Source: Psilocybe cubensis
Lineage: Eukaryota
Length of the DNA stretch: 64,000 nt
Direction: 5' to 3'
Assembly: GCA_017499595.2 (NCBI GenBank)
Contig: CM039004.1
Coordinates: 992,001 to 1,056,000 of the forward strand
The notes below the pieces were generated by a model. The model made no database searches, was not told the origin of the DNA, and was given only the letters and a program-made list of their open reading frames with translations. The position numbers and the translations under genes are program-made. This document shows, one piece after another, positions 30,450 to 42,900 of the stretch (position 1 is the first letter of the stretch; each line of letters begins with the position of its first letter).

Positions 30450-31940
30450 TTAGCATCCAATCATAACACCATCGAAAGGGCCTAGAGTCATCGTATAAAT
30501 CATCTGCGTCTCGATAGTCTACACCAGGACAGAAACACTCACCGCTGTGATCATCGACATCACCAGCAAGGATATTGGGCACAGCATCAATAGTGCAGCC
30601 GGCATCGGTGCTGTCTTGTCCTGCAAGTAGCGCGTCAAAATATGTTCGTATAGTATTACTCAGAACTTAGACGTACCAGGGCAGGAGAGCCAGGTGCCAG
30701 AGCTGGTAATGTGGATCTCTCCCTCGGTGTGGGCGAAACCTACGAAGCGTCCAGGGACAATGGGAACAATGTCCTTCCTACAATTGTTGTTCAGCCTTGG
30801 TTTGGTACATGGTATACAATATTTGATACGTACTTGTTGTTGATTCGGACCATATCAGCTTTGGCATTGACGTAATCGGCAAAGGCTGCGTTTCCGACCT
30901 GTAGGTATAATGTTAATGATCGTGTTTAAGATATAATGAAACCCAAAAAACATACCCGGGGCGCAGCGTAGGAGACAGTCTTAACGTTGGCAGAGGGAAT
31001 GTTGACAGCTATGTGCGCGCTGCCGATGATAGCCAAAGCCCCACCTTTTAAATCCAAAAGATATAAGCAATAAAGACGACCAAAATATTAAGATATACTT
31101 CACCTAAGGAATGGCCAACGACCGTGACTTTGTTGGTAGCATAGGTAGCCATTCCCTGCCTAACGGCAGCCAGAACAGCGGATGCTGATCTGATAGAAAT
31201 GTATAAGGTAATGCATCAAGGAGGGTTACTTCAAGGGAAACTGCATACCTTTTATGAGCCTCTCCAAATCCGTTGTGTGTCTTGACGGAGGAGCTGACAC
31301 CAGGGAAGTAAGAACTCTCCAGACCGTCAAGGAAAAAGTCGGCATTAGTGACGATAGGAATGCTGAAACGAAGAATAACGTAAGTATTCCAGTAATCATG
31401 CACATTATGAGTTCATACATCTTAGATCCATCAGTTCCCTAGAGGAAAAGAACAATTATTAGTATATATCGGCAAGGACCAGCAATATATTATATACCTG
31501 GTATGCAACAATAATGGTCTAGATATGATTGTACATGTCAGAGGATTAAATTGAACATAAACGGCATGCAGAACTAACCTTCAATGTTGCATCGTACCCA
31601 ACGTACCAGTACTGAATTGCTGCTCCGTTTCCTCCAGATGCAATAGGCTTGAAGGTGGGGTTCTTAGCGCAATTGGCTAAGATGAACGTAAACAAACAGG
31701 TATTAGGTGGAGATCTAAGAAAAACAAAGGATCAAAAAATAGCTTACTGCCACAATTCCATGCCAAAGTCGAAGCAGGCTTGCAATACGCCGCACTGGCG
31801 TAATACGTATATGGCTTGTAGGACGCGATAGTGGCAGCGGAAAGGACCGATGTTGCACGAGCCTCCAATTCAACGGGCAATGCAGCGGCGTTGGCCAACC
31901 CAAAAAGAAGAGCAAGTGTGATTCCGGCGGTGTAGACCAT
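30450..31940 (-). CDS. Secreted class 3 lipase (alpha/beta hydrolase)
   Basis: Signal peptide MVYTAGITLALLFGLANAAA. Motifs are YYASAAYC, HNGF, VTVVGHSLG, APRVGN, DIVPIVP and HSGPF. Confidence 0.9.
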
Positions 31941-33561
31941 TATTGCTGATCGATTTGGGGAACTGGGAAGGCGATGAAAGGGGGTGAATCCTTAACTTTC
32001 TTAGCTCCTGGACTTCGCGTTTTAAACAACGACTGGTACTGTCAATTTACCCGCCACTACGGCCAACTTGATCATCGGGGTAGAAGCCATCAGCCAAGCA
32101 TTTGAGGACGGAGAGAACGCGTTGCTGACTGGACCATGTAATTTATTGGATAACCACTTGGGGTAGGCGTACCACCTGTGTCAATATAGACAAGGACCGA
32201 CAGAGATACCATATTCTGCCAATGCAGCATGGTATCGTCCCAGAATTTGGTTGTTCCTGGAGTTCATCACCTACTGTTCCCGTTTTTCGACTCGTGAGTA
32301 CGATAAAGTTCCGAATAGGGGGAAGAGGAAAGGCCTACGGAGTTCCAACCGATGATCATACAAAAGAACGCTCCCAGGTGACATGACCTGGTACTGTGAT
32401 TTCTGAAGTGGAGAATTCTGAATAATCGCGTTCTATAGTAAACTGTTGTCAGAAGTCAAGACTCAAATGTGTTTAAACGTTCGGTCTTATCGTCGGAGCG
32501 ACGGATTCTGTCGGAAGATGCTACTTGCGCCTCAATGTGCCAGAATTTCGAGTAAATTGGCTGTAGACTGGGGATAATAGCGAGCAATGAGCGTTGTGCA
32601 AACATAACAAATGATCAAATGCTCAAATCACATAGAAGCCAGCGCTTCTTGTGGGGGATGCCCACGTGCCTTGCAATTTTGCATGTCGCGATGACGATTC
32701 AGGCTGGATAAGGAAGTGATCCACATGTTTGACCTTGTGAGAATGCCTAAAATGTGAACAGGTGCGAACGTATAAAAACACCATTGGCCTGATGGATATT
32801 GATGACCATTGGCGAGCTTAATACTTTGGGGAATCTTTGATTCAATTAACTCCCACCTAAACCAATCACATGTGCGACAAGCCTCCAATGACAGAGATCG
32901 TGGTTTCCCCAACGAAATGGCGCACTCGCGGGCAAAGCTTTCAGATTCTGTGATAGCATGGTCGTGGAATCGAGTACTCGAGCGTGGGTGAATTGAAGTG
33001 GAGGAAAATGAACTCCAGAATAGACCCACAGCAGGTTTATATCCATTCATATACAAAAGAGTATCCAACTTGAAGGTAAACTGTTGCCCAAGGCGGCTGT
33101 CAAAAGAGCAATCTATGAAGGCCTACCATTCCAGGTCTCATGAACATACCCGCATGTAAACTATCAAGAGCTTCAGTTAAGCAACGTGTAAAGCAGGCTG
33201 CCTAAGGACTGACGATGGATAAGGACATCTTGAGTCGCAGGCGATTGTTAAACTGACATGAATAGGGATTAAAATGTCGGCAGGACGCATGTTTGCACAC
33301 AACTAAGCTGAGGAGTCGTGTGATTCGTTCTGGCAGATGGAGCTCACGGACCGGCAGAAAGAGTAACGTGGGTTGCTCGCGTAGCAGAAACTTGGGAATC
33401 TGTGTGCGCATATCATTTGGAAGTAGGATAGAAATTACGCAATAGTTCAAAAGAGTGGAAGTATCCGACAAAAATGATCAGAAAAAGGCATGCGGTAGTT
33501 GGTAAGATTGCAGGATTGTATCCAAGGACCTGAGACCGAGGTATGTTTATCCACCTAAGTG

Positions 33562-35861
33562 CTATACAGATGTCACATTTAAGTATGGATCGCAAACGTG
33601 TGGATCATTGAACTTGGATGGATCTTGGGTAAGATAACCAAGTCGAAGGCCTTCCATGTAGGACCTAGACGATATCGGTAAGATAAAGTCGCCAAGAGGG
33701 AGATATAAAAGTTACCATTGGCGAGCAGTATCGCCAGCTAAATCCGACTTCTCGATCTTAAAGTTCCAGAACTATAGAAATTTATATGAGCAGTCGATGT
33801 TTTAAGGTATTCTCCTAAAAACAGAATACTCACAATCCAGCCTGCACCCTTGCCGTAGGAAAATTTCTGAGCATCAGCCCATTTTCTCAAGAATGTATCT
33901 GAAGCGCTAAACTGAGTCGACAAGGCCCATTCTGAATAAAAAATTGTCAGCAGACAAACGATCATATAATTTTGATATTTAACCTCCAAACCAAAGGGGA
34001 GTATTCCCGAGTGCAGCATCGGCTTGGATGCGTTCAAGATCTGAAGAAAGGCGAAGATGGCTTGCACATGATAAAAGCATAGGACGAGGACGAAACCTTA
34101 CTGCACACACTAGTGAGATATGCATCTTCATTTGCGTCAGCGACCCCCTAGATGTCCTGGTTCGTGAACAAGTTTGCAATGCATCTGATACGTGAAGACT
34201 TACTCCAAAGTTAGTAAAGACATCAAGTTAGTGGCAAATTGACATACGATCTGATAATTTAATCTTACGAATAGTATAGATGATTGTCATATCCTTGAGG
34301 ACCTATTGCTGCGTCAGCGGGGTTAGCTGGAGTATTATGTTGCCAGTTAATATCCATAAAACTATTGGTAATGTCTTGAGAAAGGTCTGATGTTATGATA
34401 GAGAATATGGACGAACGAGGTGACCAGGGACCTCCTCTTTGACAATAGGGAGCTCAGGGTGGCAAGGGTAATATCTAATCTGAGTTGTGTTGAAACTTGT
34501 ACCAGGATGGGAGCAGCATCACGTAGAACTTGTTGAACTTCGCTGTTGAAGATTGATGATAATTTGGCAACACTTGACAAAGATGATGCGACATTAACAG
34601 CGGAGCTGAAGCCTGAAAAGGGCGGAATTCCCTGTACAGGAATACCCAGAGCCAATTCGACAGCCCGAACGACTTGAACGAAGTTTGTTTGAACTAGAAG
34701 TTATATGAATACTGATTATTTGTGTGATACGTAGAACTGTGACTCACAGCCACCTAGTCCGGGAGTTTGGTTGGCATCCATGATGGGTTCATTCATGGCC
34801 TCAATGCCAGCCACTGTACCGAAGTCTGGGTCGATGTGGGAAAGGACCGTCATTACCGCTGTCCAAATTAGCGCACGATGATAGTTATATGGCGTCTAAA
34901 AACATAAAAAGGTTACACTCTATACACAAACAATAGGAAAACTCATACGTAGAACTCCACATCATTGGTACACCTGCGTTATTTTATTTATAAGAACACA
35001 CGTTCCTGCGACGAAAGTAGGATATACCTTCCGGCAAACATCTGTCCTGGGGATGCAACTCCTGGTAGAGCATGATGGTCAAGAATGGCAGCAATCCCTG
35101 ACGCTTTCAGTTGCTTCAGCCCACGTTTCTAATACAACAAATATGTCACTGATCAAAGAAAAAGCATATAAAGTAGCATACCAGTTGAAGTATACCTCCT
35201 TTGGGATAAAATTCAGATGTCCTGTTAACGAGAGGCTCTACAATCCAATATCCAAGCTAACGGGATGTTTGATAAGGAAGTCCTTATATGCGGGTAAACC
35301 AGCGTCATTTGGCTTACAGGAATCCTGACAGTGTTGATCCCCGCGTCCACAAGTTGATCGACGTCAGGCTGATTGAACCAGCTCTCCCTGAAATTTCTGT
35401 TAGGATCTAGAGAGCTTCGGCAACAAGATATTCAAACGCTCACCAATGTCCATCGAAAATGGTATCTACGGTATCAGGGTATGCTTCGGCAAAGGCGCTG
35501 AAAATTCAATTGTGCACTTGTATGAAATATTGAAAAGTTCGAAGGCGTACAATTCCGAGGCGATGCATTGAGAACAGTCGTCACACTGCTGTCCACCCAT
35601 GGCGATCCATTCTAGAAGATGTTTCAACTATTAGTCCTCAAAGTAGTCATGTTTATTGTACCCGCCGGAAGCATCCATGGTTCAAGAACAAGCCTATTCA
35701 TTAAAAGCGATTTCTGATGTCAGTCTCCAGAATACAAATAAAGGCGTGGAGGCTTACCATGAACCTAAGTTAACGCCATAGATTTTGTCCGGAAGTCCAG
35801 GCAAAGCAGCGAGAACGCCCAACGCTAGAAAAGATAAGGAATAAAAGATAGTGGTATGCAT
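33562..35861 (-). CDS. Secreted glycoside hydrolase family 5 (exo-beta-1,3-glucanase-like)
   Basis: Signal peptide followed by IYGVNLGSWLVLEPWM, GINTVRIPLGYW and DHHALPG. The acid/base motif is EAMNEP and the nucleophile motif is WFGEW. The gene has many short exons. Confidence 0.88.
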
Positions 35862-37228
35862 TGCGACGAGCTTGGATTCTCCAAGTTCTTCGACAGCACA
35901 GGTCAGCTGTATATAAGTGAAGGTAAGAGAGTGATCAGAAAAGGATTTCTTAATCACGAAGTAATGCTCTGCTGGCAATGCCGTAGATCCCGATAAAGCT
36001 GACCATACCATTTGGAGATGGTGGCTTGCACCCACACTTCCTCAGTGCTTGCTGGACGCGACCATGCCATGCCATTTCACTCACAAGAGTCTGCTGATCA
36101 TTTCAGAGAAGTCGGTTCTTTAAGTGACGTTCCGGCGCATATAGGGAGAGATGTCTGGATGGCCCCAAAGGTGCTTCGATAAACAATGCCGGGCCTTGTT
36201 CGTACCACCCTGGAACTTAAGGAAGTATCACGAGGAGGAGCTGAAGAGTTTAGAGCGGAATTAAACGCAGAATAGCAATAATTATCATCATTAGATATTG
36301 GAGACATTGGGTTGTGAAATGCATTGTCATCTGCGTCTTAAACTGTAAATCTGAATTTCAGCAAGCTGTTCAAAGTTGTTGTAAATGAAAAGAACAATAC
36401 CTAATTATCAAATTCATTCAAATCATCATGATCAAGGGAGTTAGACTGCCCGGTTATGAGCACGAGCACAGTCATTGGATACTTCAAAGTGACGCCTAGT
36501 GACGCTGGCATTCTTAAAAACACGGACCTTGCCGGGACAGTGGACACGAGACAAGACACGACAATACCTCACATGCGTCCATACTTTCACCACGACCACA
36601 AATCATCTCATCTACGATTATTTGAGGAACCCTACGAGTTCCAGAAAACTGCTTGATGTAGTGGATGAGCCGCCCATACAAATAACTTGAATACTAGGTG
36701 CATCATAATCAAGTGAAGGTCCTGTCTGAACCTACAACTGTCAGTTTAATCTGTTTTCTGCAAGTTTTCTGTGACTTGCTGTCTACCTACAACAAAACTG
36801 GTGACTTCCAAACAGTTTCTTGATTTGTCGCAACTCTTTGATCTTCGCATGCATATTGTCGGCATCGACCAATGCTATGCTAATGGTGCGTCATTGAGAT
36901 TGTTGTTAGTACAGGCAATTTGTATTTATAGAACAGAGAGGGCTGTTCATGAAAAGTCTCTTCACTACAACTCTCATCATCAAAATTTGACGATGATCCC
37001 GCACATGGCAGTTGATGGTTGAATAGCTGTCTCGTCCTGCAACACATATAGACATGGACATGGTTTCGCTGGTTTGATCGGTGTTCCTGCCTGCCTTCCT
37101 GTACTTTCCCTTCGTTTTCCCTTTCCTTTCCTTTTTCTTCGCCTTTGCTTGTAGGCTAGCCCTACTTTTATAAGTTATTTTACGTCCAGGAGACTTCGAA
37201 TCTTGCATTCCCTCCATCCGAAATTACG

Positions 37229-38586
37229 ATGTCTCGTTTCACGCAGTTTTTCAACTTGGGCCTCACGGGGGCAGCAATTCTCGGCCTTGGAAATGCTATG
37301 CCATTGCGTCGCAGCAGTACCACCTCCTTTAGCACTCTTTCTGCTTCTCAAATCTCCAGTTTCAAGCCTTTCAGTTTCTACGCTGCCATGGCCTACTGTC
37401 AGCCATCACAGATTCTAGATTTGTCTTGTGGCCGTAAGTCTTTTATGACCCTTCTTGGAATCTCGCCCTCAGCCTGGAAATAGAAAATTGCGATGCAAAC
37501 CCGACATTCCAGCCTATTGCATCAGGAGGGGATGGTGTAGATGTACAGTTTTGGTATGTTGGTGTCGACCCGACTCTCGAGGTAAATCATTATGCTTTTC
37601 CCTCTTTCCGTGCAACATCAATCAACTTTTTGTAGACAGTCATCGTGGGACACCAGGGCACTGATCCATCAAAAATGTAGGTTTTTACTAGCAATATATC
37701 AGAATTTAGGATTTGCTAACCAAAAGTCTTAGTGTACCGTTGCTGACGGACGCCGACTTCTTCCTGAAAAACTTGAACTCCACGTTGTTCCCAGGAATTG
37801 ATCCCTCTATACAAGTCCATAACGGCTTCGCAGACGAACATGCCAAGTAAGTTCAGGATGGTTTTTCTCCCTCATGGGCATGGTTAAAGCCATTTATAGA
37901 ACAGCGGATTCTGTCCTTGCTGCGGTACAAACCGCCATTCAACAAAGTGGAATCAACAAAGTCACTATGGTTGGACATTCACTAGGTACGAAAAAATGTA
38001 TCTTTCATTATTTGGCGCCTATCTAATTTTACGGCAGGTGCTGCGCTTGCCCTCCTTGAGAGTGTCTACTTGCCCTTGTTCATCCCCGATGCCACTTTCA
38101 AGACTATCGGGTACGGAATGCCTAGAGTGAGCAGAAAGATATATGCAAACTGTAACATTGCTAATATGACGCATATTATATTTTTCTTTTGACAGGTGGG
38201 CAATCAAGCATTTGCTACCTACATCGACAACAACGTCGATCTCGACCACGTAAACAACAAGTAAGCGACTAGCCACATACATGATAAATAGCTAAACTGT
38301 TTTCTACAGACAGGATTTGGTTCCCACGATTCCTGGTCGGTTCCTTGGTTTCCATCATCCCCAGGGAGAAAAGCACATTCAAAACGACCTCTCATGGGTG
38401 GCTTGCCCAGGAGAGGACAACACTGACAGCAGATGTAGCACTGGCGACGTCTCAAACGTATTCGAGGGTAAAATCGGAGATCATGACGGTAAACTCAGTT
38501 TAACAAATTTTATAGAGCATGTCTTCACAAAATTATCTATAGGGCCATACGATGTAGTCACAATGGGCTCTGCTACTTGTAATTAA
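37229..38586 (+). CDS. Secreted class 3 lipase (paralog of 30450-31940)
   Basis: Signal peptide followed by FYAAMAYC, VGHQGT, HNGF, MVGHSLG, MPRVGN, DLVPTIPG and DHDGPY. Confidence 0.9.
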
Positions 38587-39416
38587 AGTGGACAAAATGT
38601 GCTTTGTAAATGCGGATAAGTTGATTTTGATGCATCATTCCCTTTTTGTTGCCTCCAGCTAGTCTGAACAAGCTCTGGTCACTAATTGATGTTGAATTTA
38701 ATGAGAGCGATGAAGTTCATTGCTTCGGCTTGCGTGATAATATGTCATCCCGAAGGATGATCAATCTAGTCAACCGCAACATAGTCGAGGAGTTTCCAAG
38801 TCAGCAAAAACAAGTGACCAATATTTCTTCTTCGACTCCCATATACAACCTATGACATTAATAAACGAAAAGATGCAGCGGGCGCTGCCTATTGATATCA
38901 TGGACACAATCATCGACGCAGTCGGGGAACAAGTTTTGACCTCGAGTACATCCCACGAAGCTCAAGCATACTGGCAAACACTCCTATCATTTCATGCCAC
39001 ATCAGTAGAATGTCATCGCCAATCCATGGCACATATCCTTAAGCGTGTCTCAATAACGCTCACTGGCTATGGGGGGTGTAGGAATCGCCTCACAGAATTG
39101 TGTGAGCTTATGAACACTTCGCTTTCCTTGGGAATGGGAGATATTGCACGGCACATCAAAGACGTCGAGTTGGTTTTTGAATCATCAATTCGACCAGTAC
39201 AGGGGGCCTTACTTGGGCTAATGGAGTGCTCACCAGTTGAACACTTGATGAATGACGAAATCGTTTCCGACTTCCTCACCCGATTACATGGGCCAGTATA
39301 CGGAGTTGAAAACCTCTCATTAGTCGTTCATTCTAAGGAGACTCAAGGGTTCTTTCCCAGAAAGAAGGGGATACACTGGTCAACTCTATCCGCCAGATTT
39401 CAAACAGCCTTCCGAC

Positions 39417-39809
39417 TGTTGGAATACGGACTTGACATTCACTCACTCTTTTATTTCCACCTTTCTTTTCCTTTCCATTTTTATACCATAACTTTCCTCA
39501 TTCGACATTCGGGACATTGGGCCCGAAAGCCCCTGTTCATTCATGAATCCAGTAGTCCTCCTTCCTATTGCGTTCAACGCATCACCTTCCATATCCCTCA
39601 TCAACTTCTGTAGCTACGAGAGGCTCACATATACGGACCAGTTCTGTTCTTAGTACCTCAGTCTTTCTTCCCTTCGACTGAGGTACATTTACTTTTCCAT
39701 TGTTCGTACAGAGTAGCTAACGTAGTCTACAGGCTTACCGTGTCATTAGGTTAACAATATAGTCTTTCTTCCCTTCGACTGAGGCTTACCGTGTCATTAG
39801 TTTTCTTCA
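39417..39809 (+). repeat. 5' LTR (393 bp)
   Basis: TGTTGGAATACGG...TTTTCTTCA; no difference from 44629-45021 was seen by eye. Confidence 0.97.
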
Positions 39810-39821
39810 GGTTATGGGCCC
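39810..39821 (+). other. Primer-binding site of the half-tRNA-iMet type
   Basis: GGTTATGGGCCC directly abuts the 5' LTR and resembles the copia/Ty5-type PBS complementary to the tRNA-iMet anticodon region. Confidence 0.8.
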
Positions 39822-39940
39822 CGAACGCGCCTGAATCAAACAAGACACCATCGGACTCAGTTATCAGACTCACCTAGCATATTTTCAAGAGATCTCAATT
39901 CTCTCTAGCATCAAACCCAGACTCACTCTTATTTCTTAAA

Positions 39941-42900
39941 ATGTCGGCCATGGCAGGGGATGTCCCAAATACTGCCCATACGACCATCAATAACATCACG
40001 ATGAGCACAAAAATCACCCCGGCAAATGCAAAAGTCGATCATATTGTCAATCTTGAAGGAACATCAAACTTTATTGCTTGGAGAGACGACATGCGGAATA
40101 TTTTGAAAGATTGTGGAGTCTATGGGCATATAGAGGGATCCGAGAAGAGGACTGCGCGATATCCAGTCTCGCCAAAACCCACAGAACCCGCAGACGACGC
40201 TTCAGACGATGTGATTGCAGCCTATCGGAAATGGTGGAGCGATGATGACAGTGCGAAAACACTGATAACCAGAAAGGTGTCGGCACTTGTTAAATCGAAC
40301 TTGAATGCAGGAGAAGATGTAACCGCGCGAATGGTATGGAACCAGATAATGACCAGATACGCGCGTGTAGACATCAACGCTCAGTTCGCCATTAAAGAGA
40401 GGTTAGCGTCAATCAAGCTCAAGGATTATACCGAGATCGAGAAGTACCTTGGCGAATTTCGCAGTGGCAGAGAACGACTTAAGGATATGGGTGTTGAATA
40501 CCCTGAAGGGGACATTATTCATCATATCATCCGGGGCTTACCATCGTCGGGCGCCTGGCCAAACTTCAAGCAGCTTATGATCCAACTCTACCAGGACACA
40601 CTGGACCGCGACAAAGCAGCAACGGATGAAGGGCGCAATCCATCAGCACCAAATACCGCTTTAGAAAGGATCACAGCACGACTTACCATCGAATGTCAAC
40701 GTCTTGAGGCAGAGGCCGGGTCAAAGCGACATCCACCAGGATCCGAGTACTCCAACTTTTCAAACGACAATCGTCCCATTGCTAAACATGTCAATAATCC
40801 AAATGGCGTGAGATGCACAAACTGTCGTAATCGCTCTCACGATAAAGATCATTGTTGGGCAAAAGGTGGTGGGATGGAAGGTCAAGGCCCAGCTTATCGG
40901 GCGGCGCTTGCAGCTAAAAAGACAGAGTCGGCGTCTGTTGCAATTGAAGCTGGTTCCCTGGAAAGTGGAGAAATCTCTTGTGCACTTATTGAAGAATTTG
41001 TTGATGACGACGTACAATCACCTATTGCGGCATCCGCAAACACAAGATCCTTTCTGTCGACGTCAATCCTGTTGGACTCTGGTGCAACATCCCATATAAT
41101 CAAATCGCGTTCATTATTCCACACATATTCCGAGAGTGATGCTCGAAATGTCACAACAGCGAACCTTGGGACTTTGAGAACTCAAGGAGGAGGGACGTGC
41201 ATACTTAATGTCACTTACAGGGGAAAGTCCATCAAACTCAGGCTAAACAACTGCCTTCATGCTCCCTCCGCCGCAGTCAATCTGCTCTCCGTCAGTCGTC
41301 TTTTCATCGCGGGCATTGGTTGCAACTTTCAACCCGAAACGGGCATTCACCTTTCTAAAAAGGGTGTCGCGTTTGCTTCCGCCTCGCTAATCAATGGCCT
41401 ATTTGCAATGGACCATACTACATTTGTTCCTACAAACAATGATTTTGCTGCTGAGCGTGCAATGTATGTGAAAGTACCGGAGACACTTCACCTTCAACAT
41501 CTTCGGTTGGGGCACCCTGGTGAACAGGCGACGCGTATGCTTGTCCAGAGAGTCATGAAAATCCAAGTTAAGGACGAGAACATCAAATGTGAGCCTTGCA
41601 TTATTGCCAAGCATACGGCTACTCCACATCCGCCAAGATCACTTGGCCAGCGCGCTTATCAACCACTTGAACTTATTGTGGCCGATACCTGCGGTCCTTT
41701 CCCTGTGCAAACGCCTCATCACAAAGAATTCTTTGTTGCTTTCCGTTGTTCTGGTATGAAAGTTAATAACATACAACTTACTGCAGACAAAACGGCCGAT
41801 ACAATGCTGGAAGCCTTTAAGATTGTTCAGGCCCGCTGGGAGACACGCACTGGGTTCAAAATTCAGAGGTTTCGATGTGATGGTGGACCAGAGTGGAAAG
41901 GATCTTTTGCAGCTTACCTACTGGAGCAAGGTATCGAACAAGAGGTCACGCCGGCACGTGAACATTGGATGAACGGGGAAATAGAACGCTTCATGCGTAC
42001 AGTCCAAGGTCGAATGCTAGCCATGTTAACAACTGCTCAACTACCTTTGACTTACTGGGGTGAAGCCGCGTTGACTGCCTCGTATCTTCTCAACATCACA
42101 TCCACCGACGAACACGGCATCACTCCCTTCGAAAATATGTACCACAGGCCGCCCAATTTGTTGCATCTTCGTGTGTGGGGATGTCGGGCATTTGTTCATG
42201 TCCCGGAAGAGTAGCAATCAAAGTTGGGCGCGAAATCTGTTCAATGCCGGTTCATGGGTTATCCTCCAGGCGGAAAAGGCTACAGGTTTCGTCATCTTGA
42301 AAGTGGACATTTTTTTGACTCCTCAAACGCTATGTTCGATGAGAACATGCCGTCCGTTTCTGCTGTTAATAATGCTTCTTCTCCAATAGATTATTCATCC
42401 TTACCCTTTTATTCTGAAATTTTGCATTCTTCTGATTCTACCTCTTCTTCTTCTGTTCCGAATTTTGTTTCAAATTCAGTTCCAAATCTTGTTTCTACCC
42501 CTTCCGACCTAGATGCACCCGAGCTACTTCGCTCTTCTTCTTACCCTTCCTCTTCCTCTATTTCTTCTGTAGATATTGAAGTCGTTCCTCCCACAACTCC
42601 TGTCCAGTCATCCTCTCAAAATATTCCCCAAACCCCTGCCCCTCGTTGTGTCTTACCACCGCCTCGCTCTTCCTCCAGAGAACGTCATCCATCATCTCGC
42701 GGACTGCTTTACAATCAGCTTCGAGAGACTGAAAAGGCAAAAAGCGATTCTATTATTGCATCTCGCAGGGCCACAAGTGCTGAACGGTCCGCGACGGTTC
42801 CACCATCCAACGAGCAAGGGGGCGAGTCAAATCCGTTTACATCTCTCTGCTCCGTTGGATTGCTCAATTCTTCATCTCCCTCATATGACATCAGCTCGGA

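Noticed and set aside
38852-39613. 253-aa ORF as a complete gene
   Set aside because: Its last ~65 codons are LTR sequence, repeated at 44628-44825; it is a host-gene/LTR chimera.
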